The notes beneath the pieces are model-generated. The model made no database searches. It worked only from the letters and a program-made list of their open reading frames with translations, and was not told where the DNA came from. A stretch of DNA of 64,000 nucleotides from Myxococcota bacterium (lineage in GTDB: Bacteria; Myxococcota_A; UBA9160; JAFDDA01): the NCBI GenBank assembly GCA_965228475.1, contig OZ245817.1, positions 4,160,001 through 4,224,000 of the forward strand, read 5' to 3'. The position numbers and the translations under genes are program-made. Positions 26,359 through 37,022 of this stretch are shown piece after piece. Position 1 is the stretch's first letter. The number at the start of each line of letters is the position of its first letter.

Positions 26359-28566
26359 CTACTCGATGACGGGAACCCCGGAGAGAGCGCTCTCGTAGAA
26401 GTCCACGCGCTGGGGTTCGCTGTCGCCCTGCGCACAGTAGTGGCCCTCGAAGCCCGGGCAGGCGTACTGGACGATGGCCGCCGTGGTGTTCGCGTCGACG
26501 TTGCCCTGGATCGGTCCGGCCAGCTCGGGCAGGTCCGGCACCGGCACGGGCGCGAACCCGGTGAGCTGCGGGATGCCGCCGAGCTGCCGGGCCAGCGAGC
26601 GCGTGCTGTTGTTGGCGGTGAAGCTGTCGTCGATGCCCTCGACGACCAGAATGCTCGCCTTCTGCGTCGTGCCATCGACCCCGAGCGGTTCGCGATAGAG
26701 GAAACGCGCGTGGTTGTGGGGGTCCTGGGGGTCGTAGGACAGCGCGAAGAGGTGCAGGCCCATCCACAGGTCCGCCGCGCGAAGGCCGGGCAGGAAGCCC
26801 GGGAGCTGTGTGCGCAGCAGCGGGGCTCCGCCCAGGGGCAGCGTGCGATCCTGATGCTCGAGCAGCTCGGCGAAACGCACCGCGCCCACCACGAGCGCCG
26901 CGGCGTCGATCTGGGGCTCGTAGGCGAGGAAGGCCTGGGCGTGGTTCGAGCCGTAGCTGATGCCCTCGTAGCCGAGCACGCTCGGGTCCACGTCCGGGAC
27001 GCCATCGGGGGCGCCGATCGGCAGCACGTCGAGCGTGCCGAGGGTCTTCAGCGCCTGGGCGAACGCCATCTGCTCGCCATAGGTCTGGACGTAGAAGTCG
27101 GGGGACGCCCCGTTCAGCAGCACGTTCGCGAGGATGGCGATGGTCTGCTCCTGCACGCCCGCGAAGGACCGGTTGATGACGTCGGTGAAGCCGGCGACGG
27201 CGAAGCCCGCCGCGCCCATGTGCGAGACCGCCGCGCTCGGCACTTCCAGCTGGGCGCTACCCGGGTTGCCGTGCTGATACATCACGAGCGGGGCATGGCC
27301 AGAGACCGCAGCTTCGGCGGGCAGCGCGAGCACGAACTCGACCGACTCCGTGCCGCTCGCGAGGGGCAGTCCATCGGGGCCGCGGTCGAAGTAGGGCCCG
27401 GTGCGCCACACGGGCACGTCGAAGGTGCCGTAGACGAGGGCCGCGACGTTCGGGTCGCCAAGCGCGTCGACGACGTCGATCACCACGTTCGGGGGCGTGG
27501 CCTGCACGTCCTGGCGCATCGAGAGCGGATCGTCGACGAAGTGGCCCGTGCTGCGGATGGTGATGCGCATGGCGGCCACCACGTCGGACTGCGGAATGGG
27601 CACCGGGGAGAGCGCCTCCGCCGCGGCGAGCACCTCGGCCACGAGCGGCCGGGTCGCGGTGATTTCGGGCGCCTCGCCGGCCTGGGGTGCGGCCACGGCC
27701 GCCTCGAAGAAGCTCGAGCGCGCGAGGGGCTCGCCCGCGGCGTCGAGCACGCGGTCGGTGGCCACGAAGCCGTAGGTGCCCTCGGGCTCGAGCGCGATGC
27801 CGGGCGAGATCACCCAAGCGTGGACGACCGGGTTGGGCGCGAAGGTGTCGCTGCGCGGGATCAACGAGAACGGGATGCGCTCGCCGAAGCTCGGGCTTCC
27901 GGGGGTCATGTCGATCAGGGCGACGGTCGAGAGCGGGTCGAGCGAGGCGGCGCGGTCCAGCGGCAGCGTCGTCGGGTCGGCCGGCGCGTCGATCTCCACG
28001 CTGATGTGTCCGAGCGGGCTCCAGCCGTCGGCTTCGGCCTCGACGACCCCGGCCAGCGCCGTCAGAAGGTTGAGGGACGGAGCCGTTGCGTTCGGCAGCA
28101 CGAGATCGAGCCCGAAGCCCGTGGGGTTTGCCGGGTTGGGCACGAGATAGAGATCGTCCGGGAACGGCAGGGGCTTGTCGGGCGCCGTGCGGTCGAACAC
28201 GACCTCGAAGGGCGCGCCGGCCGCCTGGGTCTGGAAGGCGATCGTCTCCTGGCCGGCCGTCGTATCGAGTTCGATCTCGCAGGCGGCGCCGGCCGGAAGC
28301 TCCGGCTGAAGGATGAGGGTGTCGGCGTCGAGCTGATTCGGGCGGGGCGGGATCCAGACGCCCGCGCAGCGCACGGCGGCATGCGAGGCACTCAGGGCCT
28401 GAAACGAGCCCGCAAAGTCGAGCACCAGCCAGGCGGAGCGGGCGACCGTCTCGCCGGCGGCGGGCGAGCTGGCGGCGAGTGCCGGGAGGAGCGGGGCCGG
28501 CGTGCACGTCGGGGCGAGCAGCCAGGGCAGCAGGAGCAGGGCGAGCAGGGGCGCGCGGCGCGGCAT
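26359..28566 (-). CDS. Secreted/lipoprotein alpha-beta hydrolase (lipase-like) with N-terminal Ig-like domain
   Basis: Signal ending LLAPT-C, PFPDD and DGWSP (lipase N-terminal type motifs), YQHG, GISYG nucleophile elbow. Confidence 0.75.
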   Translation of the reverse strand: MPRRAPLLALLLLPWLLAPTCTPAPLLPALAASSPAAGETVARSAWLVLDFAGSFQALSASHAAVRCAGVWIPPRPNQLDADTLILQPELPAGAACEIELDTTAGQETIAFQTQAAGAPFEVVFDRTAPDKPLPFPDDLYLVPNPANPTGFGLDLVLPNATAPSLNLLTALAGVVEAEADGWSPLGHISVEIDAPADPTTLPLDRAASLDPLSTVALIDMTPGSPSFGERIPFSLIPRSDTFAPNPVVHAWVISPGIALEPEGTYGFVATDRVLDAAGEPLARSSFFEAAVAAPQAGEAPEITATRPLVAEVLAAAEALSPVPIPQSDVVAAMRITIRSTGHFVDDPLSMRQDVQATPPNVVIDVVDALGDPNVAALVYGTFDVPVWRTGPYFDRGPDGLPLASGTESVEFVLALPAEAAVSGHAPLVMYQHGNPGSAQLEVPSAAVSHMGAAGFAVAGFTDVINRSFAGVQEQTIAILANVLLNGASPDFYVQTYGEQMAFAQALKTLGTLDVLPIGAPDGVPDVDPSVLGYEGISYGSNHAQAFLAYEPQIDAAALVVGAVRFAELLEHQDRTLPLGGAPLLRTQLPGFLPGLRAADLWMGLHLFALSYDPQDPHNHARFLYREPLGVDGTTQKASILVVEGIDDSFTANNSTRSLARQLGGIPQLTGFAPVPVPDLPELAGPIQGNVDANTTAAIVQYACPGFEGHYCAQGDSEPQRVDFYESALSGVPVIE

Positions 28567-28732
28567 GGGGCCTCCCGGGGCGGATGCCCCACGAGACTCC
28601 TTCTACCACATCGTCGCCCTCTCCCGTGGGGCGCGGAGGCGCATCCGCCGTGCAGCTTGGCCATCAGCGCTCCGGAAACCCAGCGGGTACGCTCGCGCCA
28701 TCCCGGAGGCCCCGGGCCGGAGGAAGGACGCC

Positions 28733-29869
28733 ATGACCATCGGTTCCGGATCGCTCGCCGACCTCGCCCGCCTGCGCGACTTCGAACGCCACCGCCTCTC
28801 CTCCTGGGACCGCTCGGGCGGGAACGCGGACGCGCTCGTCATCGCGCCTGGCGAGACCGCCGAGCTCGGGACGATCGAAGGCGCAGGCTGCGTGAAGCAC
28901 TGGTGGGTCACGACCATGACCCTGCCGAACGACCCGCACGAGCTCGTGAAAAGCGTGCTGCGCATGTACTGGGACGGCGAAGCCACCCCGAGCGTCGAGG
29001 CCCCGCTCGGCGACTTCTTCGGCATGGGCTTCGGACGCCGCCGCAACTTCGTCTCCCTGCCGCTCCAGATGAGCCCCGAGGACGGCAAGAGCATGAACTG
29101 CTGGTTCCCCATGCCCTTCGCCGACGGCGCCCGCTTCACGCTCGAGAACCAGGGCGAGAGCCGCGTCGTCTTCTACTACTACGTGGACTACGAGGCCTAC
29201 GCCACGCTCGAGCCCGGCCTCGCGCGCTTCCATGCCGTCTGGAACCGCGCGAACCCGAGCGCGGGGCTCGCACGCGAGAAGGGCTTCACGCGCAAGGACT
29301 ACCGGCTCGACGACCGGCGCCCGGTCGGCGCCGGCCTCGGCTTCGGCGCACCGTGGTCCGAGCCGAACCTCACCGGCGAGCACAACTACACGCTGCTCGA
29401 GACGACCGGCCGCGGCCAGTACGTGGGCTGCGTGCTGAACGTCGACGTCTTCGAGCGCCAGGTGAACGACTGGTACGGAGAGGGCGACGACATGATCTTC
29501 GTCGACGGCGAGGCCTGGCCGCCGCGCCTCCACGGAACCGGCACCGAGGACTACTTCAACACCGCCTTCTGCCCGACCCAGGAGTACTCGGCGCCCTACC
29601 ACGGCATCACGCTCTACAGCGGAACCCCCGCGTGGCCCTGGGGCGGCAAGAACAGCATGTACCGCTTCCACGTCGAGGACCCGATCCCCTTCCGCGAATC
29701 CATCCGCGTGACGATCGAAACCGGCCACGCCAACGCCCTGGCCAACGACTACTCGAGCACGGCGTACTGGTACCAGCAGGGGCGCAGCGAGCCGCTCCCT
29801 CCCCTACCGCCGGTATCGGAACGCCTGCCGCGGCCGGACCCGCCCGAGCTCGCCGCCCCGCGCGGCTGA
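28733..29869 (+). CDS. DUF2961 / glycoside hydrolase family 172 protein
   Basis: SSWDRSGGNAD, LRMYWDGE..PSVEAPLGDFF, WYGEGDDM, GTGTEDYF, YRFHVEDPI. Confidence 0.9.
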   Translation: MTIGSGSLADLARLRDFERHRLSSWDRSGGNADALVIAPGETAELGTIEGAGCVKHWWVTTMTLPNDPHELVKSVLRMYWDGEATPSVEAPLGDFFGMGFGRRRNFVSLPLQMSPEDGKSMNCWFPMPFADGARFTLENQGESRVVFYYYVDYEAYATLEPGLARFHAVWNRANPSAGLAREKGFTRKDYRLDDRRPVGAGLGFGAPWSEPNLTGEHNYTLLETTGRGQYVGCVLNVDVFERQVNDWYGEGDDMIFVDGEAWPPRLHGTGTEDYFNTAFCPTQEYSAPYHGITLYSGTPAWPWGGKNSMYRFHVEDPIPFRESIRVTIETGHANALANDYSSTAYWYQQGRSEPLPPLPPVSERLPRPDPPELAAPRG

Positions 29870-29877
29870 GCCGACGC

Positions 29878-32800
29878 CTAGAACGTCCGGCGGAAGATCA
29901 CCCAGAGCTCGTCCTTCTCGCGCACGGCGTTCAGGCGGGTGAAGCGCTCGCTCTGGTAGGTCTGGTTGGACTCGCCGGCCGCACCGAGGCCGATCGGGAT
30001 CCGCCAGGCGGCGCCCGGCCCGTAGAAGTGGCTCATCCCGATGGTGACCGTGAAGTTCGCCGTGTAGCGGTACCGCAGGTCGAGGGCGACGGCGCCGGAC
30101 TCGGACTTCACGTCGTAGACGAAGGTCGCGCTCGGCACGAGGCGGTCCTGCAGGAAGCCCGTCTCGACGGTGAACACGCCGAGTGCGGTGAAGGGCCCGT
30201 CGACGGCGAAGCCGCGGTGCCGATCGTCCGGCCCCCGCCCGACGTAGTCCGGGATGTACTCCATGAACCACTGCATGTTGAAGAAGAACGTGCGCTCGCG
30301 GTTCAGGAAGCGGATGAAGGTCGGGCGATCGATCGAGACCGTCAGGGCCAGGAGGTCGCTGTCGCTGCGCAGCGACGGCACCTCGCTGTTCACGAAGTCC
30401 TTGCTGGCGGTCCAGGTGAACTCGACGCCCCAGTTGGTGGCGGTGACGTCCTCCGCGAAGTCCACCGCGAAGCCGAGCGTGTTGACCTTCTCGTACTCGA
30501 GCACCACCTCGCCCGCCGCCGCCCAGGCGAAGTCGCGCCGGCCGTAGGCGCCGTTGCCCCCGGCGCGGAGCTCGGGGCGCGTCACCTGGGTCACGGAGAA
30601 GAAGTCCTGCACCGTGGGACAGTTGATCGGCGCGGTGGGGTCGACCGTGCCGCCGGCCGGGGCCACGTCGGGGAAGAAGCACGGAAGCGGCACGCCCGTC
30701 CCCACGTCGAGGGCCACCACGAACTGGAGCGCGTTCACGGAGAAGGCCTCGAGCTCGCTGCGGTACGGAAGCCCGGTCACGGGGTTCAGACCCGCGGGCG
30801 GTGTGCCGTCGACGAGCGGGGTGTAGCCCGGGTCGCCCGGCCCGCGCGCGCCAGGCAGGATGACGGTCTGGCCGTTCACGAAGCGCGTCGCGGTGGGGGA
30901 ACCGGGCGTGCGGCCCGGCCAGGCCTGGAAGACGACGCTCGCCTCGGCGTTGAACAGGTCGATGCCATCACGGTCGCAGTCGCTGCCGAAGTACGGCCCG
31001 CAGCCGAGGAGCGCCTCCTGCTGGACCGTGAGCACGTCGCGCAGGCCGCGGCCGACGTTGCCCACCGCCGGTGCGGACTGCACCGTGAACGGGCTGTCGT
31101 TCGCGAAGCTCTGGTTGACGTTGGCGATGCCGGGCAGGAACGGCGCCGGGAGGGGCGCCGGCGTCACGCAGTCCGCCAGGAAGGCATCGCAGGCGTCGAA
31201 GTTGAGCGGTGTCACGGCGAAGGGAGAACCGGCGAGCCCGGCCAGGATGCCCGACGCATCGGTATTCCCGGCGGCCGTCGCGCTGATGATGTGACGCAGC
31301 TGGACCGCCTGGAGGAGCGTCGCGAAGTCCGGCAGCGTCGCGAGCTGGGTCTTGGCGAGCGAGTTGGTGATGGTCAGCGCGCACACGGACGGATCGAGCG
31401 TGAAGAACGCCACGCTCGAGGCGCAGATCACGTCGTAGATCTGCCTGTTCTGGGGCGAGTGGGCCAGCGCGTTGTTCTCGCCCGAGGTCCCGGGCCGGAG
31501 GCACCAACGCTCGGCGCCCGTTTCGCACCGGGCATCCGGCGGTGCCAGCGCGGCAAGGGGCCGGCCGGAGTCCGGGTCCACCCGCCGCTGGTAGCGGTTG
31601 AAGATGCGCGGCAGCGCCGTGTCCTCGTAGTGCCAGAAGTCGGTGATCGCGAAGCTGAAGCGGTCCCAGCGAAACTCGAGCCGCGCGCCGATCTCGACGC
31701 CCGAGAGGTCCTCCCACCAGTTCGGCGGACGGCGCTCCCCCGCGAGCCCGATGCCGAGCACGGCGTGCTCGAAGACCCCGAAGCTCTTGTCGCAAACCGG
31801 AAGCGGCGCGTACGGCTCGCCGCAGCGGCCGACGTCGTGGGGCTCGAAGTCGTCCATCATCCAGGCGATCTCGAGCCGCACGTCGTCCAGGGGCCCGACG
31901 TTCCAGAAGGACCAGATGGCGCGCATGGACCAGAGCGGAATGCGCGATTGCTCGAGGTCCGGCAGGGTCACGAGCGCGAGGTCGCTCGGGTTGAACTGGT
32001 CCATGTTCCGGAAGAGCTCGGTCTTGCCCCAGATGATGGTCTGCTTGCCGAGGCGCAGGAACAGGCGCGAATCGAACAGGTTCAGATCGACGTAGGCCTC
32101 GCGCAGCACGTACTCGTCCTGGCTCGCGCCGAAGTTCCACTCGAGCTCGCTCTGGGTGAAGTTCTGGTCGTAGCGGTCGAGGTTGTGCTTCGCGTCGAGG
32201 CGGCGGAAGGCGGCCGAGGGGTTGAACAGACCCCGCCCGACGCGCGTGGAGTCCGTGTACTGGATCCCGCCGGCGGGAACGGCGGGGCGGAAGGGCAGCC
32301 CCGGGCTCGACTGGTTCGCGACCGAGGCCAGCAGCCCGACGTTGGTGATCCGGTCCTTGGGCCGCCACATCAGGATCGTGGCGTCGGCACCCGAGGCATC
32401 GCCGCCCGAGGTGGTGAAGGCGTCCTGCTTGATGGCGAAGCGGTAGTCGAGCAGCGGCGCGAAGGCCGTGTTGAAGGAGAAGTTCGGCCCGAGGATCTCG
32501 AAGGGCGGCGTGTCGGCGATGCCGACCAGCCGGCTCGTGCGCTCCCGCGGCGTGTCGAAGGGCAGGAAGCGTCCGGGGCCATCCGGGGTCGCCGGGTCTG
32601 CGTCCTCGAGGAACAGGTTCGCCGCGGGCGTCTGGTGGTACGGATCGCCCGGGTTCACCGGGTTGAGCAGCGGGTCGTCGCCGACGAAACCGTTGCGCTT
32701 GCCGTCGCGGTAGCGCGAGGGGATCCCCTTGGCCCGGTCGCCGTAGGTGTCGGCGGAGGGGAAGACGCCGCAGCCGCGCCGCCACACGCAGTCGTAGCTG

Positions 32801-33081
32801 GCCTCGATGCGGAAGAAGACCGAGGCGTCGTCGAAGATCGAGATGGGCTCGTCGAAGAGCGTCACCTCGGCTTCGAGCTGGAGGATGTGCTTCCACTGGG
32901 ACAGATCCCACTCGTGGCGGAAGTCCTGGTTCAGGGTCCGGAACTGCATCTCGTAGGCGCCGTGGATCTCGACCCGGCCGTCGGCCAGCTCGATGGCACC
33001 CGAAGGGAAGCTCGCGAGGAGCGACGCTCCCAACGAGAGGACGCCGAAGCCACGCCCGAAGTCGAAGTCGCGCGAACCCAT
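29878..33081 (-). CDS. Large DUF1302-like outer-membrane protein
   Basis: Signal peptide, LREAYVD...LRLGKQTIIWGKTE..R..D.FNP, amphipathic C-terminal strands ending in Phe, Cys-rich inserts. Confidence 0.75.
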   Translation of the reverse strand: MGSRDFDFGRGFGVLSLGASLLASFPSGAIELADGRVEIHGAYEMQFRTLNQDFRHEWDLSQWKHILQLEAEVTLFDEPISIFDDASVFFRIEASYDCVWRRGCGVFPSADTYGDRAKGIPSRYRDGKRNGFVGDDPLLNPVNPGDPYHQTPAANLFLEDADPATPDGPGRFLPFDTPRERTSRLVGIADTPPFEILGPNFSFNTAFAPLLDYRFAIKQDAFTTSGGDASGADATILMWRPKDRITNVGLLASVANQSSPGLPFRPAVPAGGIQYTDSTRVGRGLFNPSAAFRRLDAKHNLDRYDQNFTQSELEWNFGASQDEYVLREAYVDLNLFDSRLFLRLGKQTIIWGKTELFRNMDQFNPSDLALVTLPDLEQSRIPLWSMRAIWSFWNVGPLDDVRLEIAWMMDDFEPHDVGRCGEPYAPLPVCDKSFGVFEHAVLGIGLAGERRPPNWWEDLSGVEIGARLEFRWDRFSFAITDFWHYEDTALPRIFNRYQRRVDPDSGRPLAALAPPDARCETGAERWCLRPGTSGENNALAHSPQNRQIYDVICASSVAFFTLDPSVCALTITNSLAKTQLATLPDFATLLQAVQLRHIISATAAGNTDASGILAGLAGSPFAVTPLNFDACDAFLADCVTPAPLPAPFLPGIANVNQSFANDSPFTVQSAPAVGNVGRGLRDVLTVQQEALLGCGPYFGSDCDRDGIDLFNAEASVVFQAWPGRTPGSPTATRFVNGQTVILPGARGPGDPGYTPLVDGTPPAGLNPVTGLPYRSELEAFSVNALQFVVALDVGTGVPLPCFFPDVAPAGGTVDPTAPINCPTVQDFFSVTQVTRPELRAGGNGAYGRRDFAWAAAGEVVLEYEKVNTLGFAVDFAEDVTATNWGVEFTWTASKDFVNSEVPSLRSDSDLLALTVSIDRPTFIRFLNRERTFFFNMQWFMEYIPDYVGRGPDDRHRGFAVDGPFTALGVFTVETGFLQDRLVPSATFVYDVKSESGAVALDLRYRYTANFTVTIGMSHFYGPGAAWRIPIGLGAAGESNQTYQSERFTRLNAVREKDELWVIFRRTF

Positions 33082-33316
33082 ACCGCTCCTCCCGCCTCGC
33101 CCCCTGCGAGACGAAAGTGCAAGCGTCGTGCCCGGGCTCGGGTTGCGCTGTTCGTACGGAGCCCTGCCTGCCGCCCCACGCCGGGGCGGCGTGTCACGTC
33201 ATGCGAGCTATTTCGTCACGCTGCAGTGTCGCAGGTGCACCGTGCGCACGATGGCGCCGCCGCGAGGCGCTGGGATAGATTCAAGCCAGATCGAGAAGAC
33301 CCGGAGTCGCCAAGCC

Positions 33317-33739
33317 ATGCCTGCTCTCCGCACCACCGCGATCGCATCCCTCGTCCTGCTGCTCGGCCTGCTCCCGGGCTGCCGCAGCGCCGAGGAGCGC
33401 CGCCTGCAGGCGGCGCGCGGCCTCTACGACCAGTACTGCTCCGGCTGCCACGGGCTCTCGGAAACCGGGCCCGCGCCCGTGGCCGGGCTCGGCTTCGAAC
33501 CGGCAGACCTGCGCCGGCTGCACGAGCGCTACGACAGGCCCCTCGACCGGACCCGCGTCGCGGCGTACATCGACGGCCGCCACGGCGGTGCCTCCGAGAC
33601 GACGCGAGCCATGCCGGTCTGGGGCGAGAAACTCTACGAGCAGTTCCCGGAGAGCGTCGAGGTCGACGAGATGCGCGCCGGCACCATCGATCTCCTGATC
33701 GACTATCTGGATTCGATCCAGGAGCCCGAGGCGGACTGA
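33317..33739 (+). CDS. Monoheme cytochrome c lipoprotein
   Basis: Lipobox LPG-C, CSGCH heme motif, MPVWG axial Met. Confidence 0.88.
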   Translation: MPALRTTAIASLVLLLGLLPGCRSAEERRLQAARGLYDQYCSGCHGLSETGPAPVAGLGFEPADLRRLHERYDRPLDRTRVAAYIDGRHGGASETTRAMPVWGEKLYEQFPESVEVDEMRAGTIDLLIDYLDSIQEPEAD

Positions 33740-33754
33740 GGCCACGCGGAACGC

Positions 33755-34159
33755 TCAGGCCTGCTTCGCGAGTCCCTTCAGCACGAGCTGGTCGTAGGTG
33801 ACGATGCCCTGGATCTCGTCCCCGGCGATCACGGGCGCCGTCGAGATGCCGAAGCTGTGGAAGAGCCGCGCGCAGTAGCGGATGTCCATCTCCGGCTTCA
33901 CCGAGATCACGGGCTTCGACATGATCTCGTAGACGTTCGTCCGCTCGGGCGAGCGGTGCGGCGCCAGGACGTGCTCGGCGATGTCCCGGATCAGCACGAT
34001 GCCGAACTCGTCGTCGGCGTGGCGCTTGGCGACGATCAGGCAGTGCGCGTTCGTCTTCGTGAGGATCGCCAGCGCTTCGTCCACGGTGGCGACGCCGTCG
34101 ACGGTGGAGAACTCCCGCTCCATCACGTCGGCGACCCGGATGACGTTGCTCTCGCTCAC
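33755..34159 (-). CDS. CBS domain pair protein
   Basis: VADVM..., VYEIMSKPVISV, GIVT. Confidence 0.88.
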   Translation of the reverse strand: MSESNVIRVADVMEREFSTVDGVATVDEALAILTKTNAHCLIVAKRHADDEFGIVLIRDIAEHVLAPHRSPERTNVYEIMSKPVISVKPEMDIRYCARLFHSFGISTAPVIAGDEIQGIVTYDQLVLKGLAKQA

Positions 34160-34509
34160 AGCTCCTCCTTCCGCAGGCTCGGCGTGATGCTCTCGACCTG
34201 GTGGGCCACGCCGACCGCGTCCTCCACGTCGACCTGGAAGGCGATCCCCGTCCCCGGGGTGGCGTCGAACTCCCCGGCCTTCCCAACGGTCTCCAGGATG
34301 TTCCGCGCCCGGTGCTCCTCGACGAGCAGCAGGATCACGTCCCGCTGCGTTTCGAGGCTCAGCCCGAGGAAGGTCTTCTTCTTCTTGAGCCCCTCGCCGC
34401 GCGCGTTGGTCAGCACGGTACAGCCGGTCGCGCCGGCATCCCGGGCGGCCTGGGTGACCGTGCCCGTCAGGTGGTCGTCCACCATGGCGACCAACAGCTT
34501 GAATCTCAT
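34156..34509 (-). CDS. P-II family (GlnB-like) signal protein
   Basis: AARDAGATGCTV..ARGEG, PGTGIAFQVDVEDAVG. GAGGA RBS before ATG 34509. Confidence 0.85.
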   Translation of the reverse strand: MRFKLLVAMVDDHLTGTVTQAARDAGATGCTVLTNARGEGLKKKKTFLGLSLETQRDVILLLVEEHRARNILETVGKAGEFDATPGTGIAFQVDVEDAVGVAHQVESITPSLRKEEL

Positions 34510-35315
34510 GTTCGATCCTCCTCGGACGCTAGCCGATCGTCGTCCTTCGCCGCCCGAGTGCGGGCGCGCGCAGCCCTCCATTCCGAGGCCTGCGCGTACG
34601 TCATCACCGTCATCATGGGAAAGAGGCTCGCGAAGGCGATCAGTCCGAAACCGTCGAGCAGCGGGCTTCGGCCGGGAAGCGCCTCCGCGAGGCCGAGCCC
34701 GAGCGCGGCGACCAGCGGAACCGTCACCGTCGAGGTGGTGACCCCGCCCGAGTCGTAGGCGAGCGGCACGATCCGCTTCGGCGCGAAGAGCGTCTGGATG
34801 ACGACCACCACGTATCCGACCCCGATGAAGTAGTGGAGCGGCGTACCGAGCACGATGCGCACCACGCCGAGGCTGATGCCGATCGCGACCCCGATCGCCA
34901 CGGCGATCCGCAGGCCGAACGCCGGCATCGCGCCGCCGGAGAGGTCTTCGGCCTTCAGCGCCACCGCGATCAGCGCCGGCTCCGCGATGGTCGTACTGAA
35001 GCCGATCGCGAAGGCGAAGGCGTAGACCCAGAGGAAGGCCATCGGGTCGATCGTGCCGGCCTCGAGCGCCTCGACCTGCGGCGCCATCAGCTGGGCCGCC
35101 ATGGTCCGGCCGAGCGGGAACACGGCCTGCTCGAGACCCAGCAGGAAGAGCACCAGCCCGGCCAGGACGAACCCGACGCCCTGCAGGAGGCGCATCGGGT
35201 CGGGTAGCCGTTCGCGCAGCACGAACAGCCGGAAGAACGCGAGGATCGCGACGATGGGGAGGACGTCGCGCAGGGTCGACAGCGTGGTCCCGAGCAGCTC
35301 GCCGAGGAACGTCAT
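34506..35315 (-). CDS. DUF1538 membrane protein
   Basis: [34 protein letters not shown]. Confidence 0.9.
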   Translation of the reverse strand: MTFLGELLGTTLSTLRDVLPIVAILAFFRLFVLRERLPDPMRLLQGVGFVLAGLVLFLLGLEQAVFPLGRTMAAQLMAPQVEALEAGTIDPMAFLWVYAFAFAIGFSTTIAEPALIAVALKAEDLSGGAMPAFGLRIAVAIGVAIGISLGVVRIVLGTPLHYFIGVGYVVVVIQTLFAPKRIVPLAYDSGGVTTSTVTVPLVAALGLGLAEALPGRSPLLDGFGLIAFASLFPMMTVMTYAQASEWRAARARTRAAKDDDRLASEEDRT

Positions 35316-36046
35316 CCGATCCAGATCCCGTAGAACAGGACGAAGGCGATCGGCGTGAGCGAGGCGAAGGCGATCAGCCCGAACCCGTCGAGAACGGGGT
35401 TGCGGCCCTCGATCGAGGAGGCGAGCCCCACCCCGAGGGCCGTCACCAGCGGCACCGTGATGGTGGAGGTCGTGACGCCTCCGGAGTCGTAGGCGATGCC
35501 GATGATCTCCTGGGGCGCGAAGCCCGTCATCACGATCACCAGCAGGTAGCCCCCGGCGATCATGAGATGGATGGGCCAGCCGGTAAGGATGCGGAGGACG
35601 CCGATCACGAGGGCCACGCCGACGCCCAGGGCCACCGTCAGCCGAAGGCCCACCGCGTAGCTCTCGCGTGCGGACTCCGTGTCCTCGATGGCGCCCGCCC
35701 CGGCCGCGACCTCCCCCGCTTCCGCCGCGATGGCGATGAGCGCCGGCTCGGCGACGGTGGTGCCGAAGCCGAGCGCGAAGGAGAACGCGAGGAGCCAGCC
35801 GAGGGAGCCCTTGCGCGCGAAGGAGTGGGCCATGGCCTCGCCGATCGGAAAGAGCCCGAGGTCGAGGCCGCGCACGAAGAACGCCAGGCCCAGCAGGACC
35901 ATGAACAGGCCGAACAAGACGTTCGCGAGATCGGGAAACGGCTGGCGCACCACCAGCAGCTGGAACAGCGAGATGACGCCGACGATCGGCGCGAGGTCAC
36001 GGGCACTCCCCGAGAGGAGCCGCAGGAGAGATCGCAACCCAGACAC
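35312..36046 (-). CDS. DUF1538 membrane protein (paralog)
   Basis: [37 protein letters not shown] 36046 chosen as start. Confidence 0.88.
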   Translation of the reverse strand: MSGLRSLLRLLSGSARDLAPIVGVISLFQLLVVRQPFPDLANVLFGLFMVLLGLAFFVRGLDLGLFPIGEAMAHSFARKGSLGWLLAFSFALGFGTTVAEPALIAIAAEAGEVAAGAGAIEDTESARESYAVGLRLTVALGVGVALVIGVLRILTGWPIHLMIAGGYLLVIVMTGFAPQEIIGIAYDSGGVTTSTITVPLVTALGVGLASSIEGRNPVLDGFGLIAFASLTPIAFVLFYGIWIG

Positions 36047-36215
36047 GCCGCGGAAGATGTCCTCTTCGCGCGCGGGGCGCCACGGAAGTCGGGGGCTCGC
36101 CCGCACTCCGGCAGACCCGCTGCGGGGGATGCCCCGCCACGGACACGAGAGTGCCGTGACGGGGCGCCCCGATCGGCGCTTCGGGTTGTATGGGAAGGAA
36201 GAGCGCCTTGCGGGG

Positions 36216-37022
36216 TCAGGAGCTCCGGCGACGCACGATCGCGGCGACGCCCAGCGTCGCGATCAGGGCCAGCACCGACGGCTCGGGAACCGCCTCGGAG
36301 TTCAGCGCCTCGCCCTCCCAGGTGAGGCCGCCGAACAGCGCGACGCCGAAGGCGCTGAAATCGACCGGGCTGCTGGCGGCGCCGGTCACCGGATCCACCA
36401 CGTACACCGAATTGCCGTAGGTCCCGTACAGGACCCCGTCGCTCCCTGTGGCGAGCCCGTAGACGTCCGGGATGCCGAAGCTGCCGACGAGGCTCGACGC
36501 GCCGGGGTTCGCCGGGTCCATCTGCACCAGGCGATCCGGGTCGCCCGAGAGCACCGGCTGGGCGGCCAGCAGGAGCTCACCCTGATGGAAGGTGAGGTCT
36601 CCCGAGGAGCTGAACGCGCTCAGACCGATCGAGGTCGCCTGGTTCGTGCCGCCGAGATCGACGGTGTACAGGTTGTTGTCGTTCCAGGCCGCCCCGTACA
36701 GCACCCCGCTGGCGTCGAAGGTGATCGCGTTCAGATCGTTCCCCATCGGGCCGAGCCAGGTCACCGCAGCGGTGCTGGTGTTGATGACGTAGAGGTCGTC
36801 GTTCCCGACACCGTAGAGCGTGCCGTCCGGCGCGAAGGCGATGTCCCAGATCGTGACGCCCATGGACCCGACGACCGTCGCCGTCCCCGCCCCTACGTCG
36901 AGGCGCGAGAGCTGACCCGCACCGTCCGACGCCCACAGGATGGGCGCCGCCTCCGCCGGTCGCGCGAACACCAGCGCGATGGCCAGCGCGAACCAGCGAA
37001 GGGCCGGGCTCGGGCGCTTCAT
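36216..37022 (-). CDS. PEP-CTERM surface protein (beta-propeller-like repeats)
   Basis: Signal peptide, [16 protein letters not shown] repeats, VPEPS-TM-RRRSS. Confidence 0.88.
   Translation of the reverse strand: MKRPSPALRWFALAIALVFARPAEAAPILWASDGAGQLSRLDVGAGTATVVGSMGVTIWDIAFAPDGTLYGVGNDDLYVINTSTAAVTWLGPMGNDLNAITFDASGVLYGAAWNDNNLYTVDLGGTNQATSIGLSAFSSSGDLTFHQGELLLAAQPVLSGDPDRLVQMDPANPGASSLVGSFGIPDVYGLATGSDGVLYGTYGNSVYVVDPVTGAASSPVDFSAFGVALFGGLTWEGEALNSEAVPEPSVLALIATLGVAAIVRRRSS

Noticed and set aside
33191..33232. GTCAC/GTCAT/GTCGC repeats between the DUF1302 and cytochrome c genes
   Set aside because: Irregular spacing; cannot be distinguished from chance in GC-rich DNA.
23410..33801. 3463-aa ORF on the + strand
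   Set aside because: Shadow frame. It runs antisense or off-frame to well-supported genes (kinase, hydrolase, GH172, DUF1302, cytochrome c), is Arg/Gly/Ala-rich with no motifs, and stop codons are scarce in high-GC DNA.
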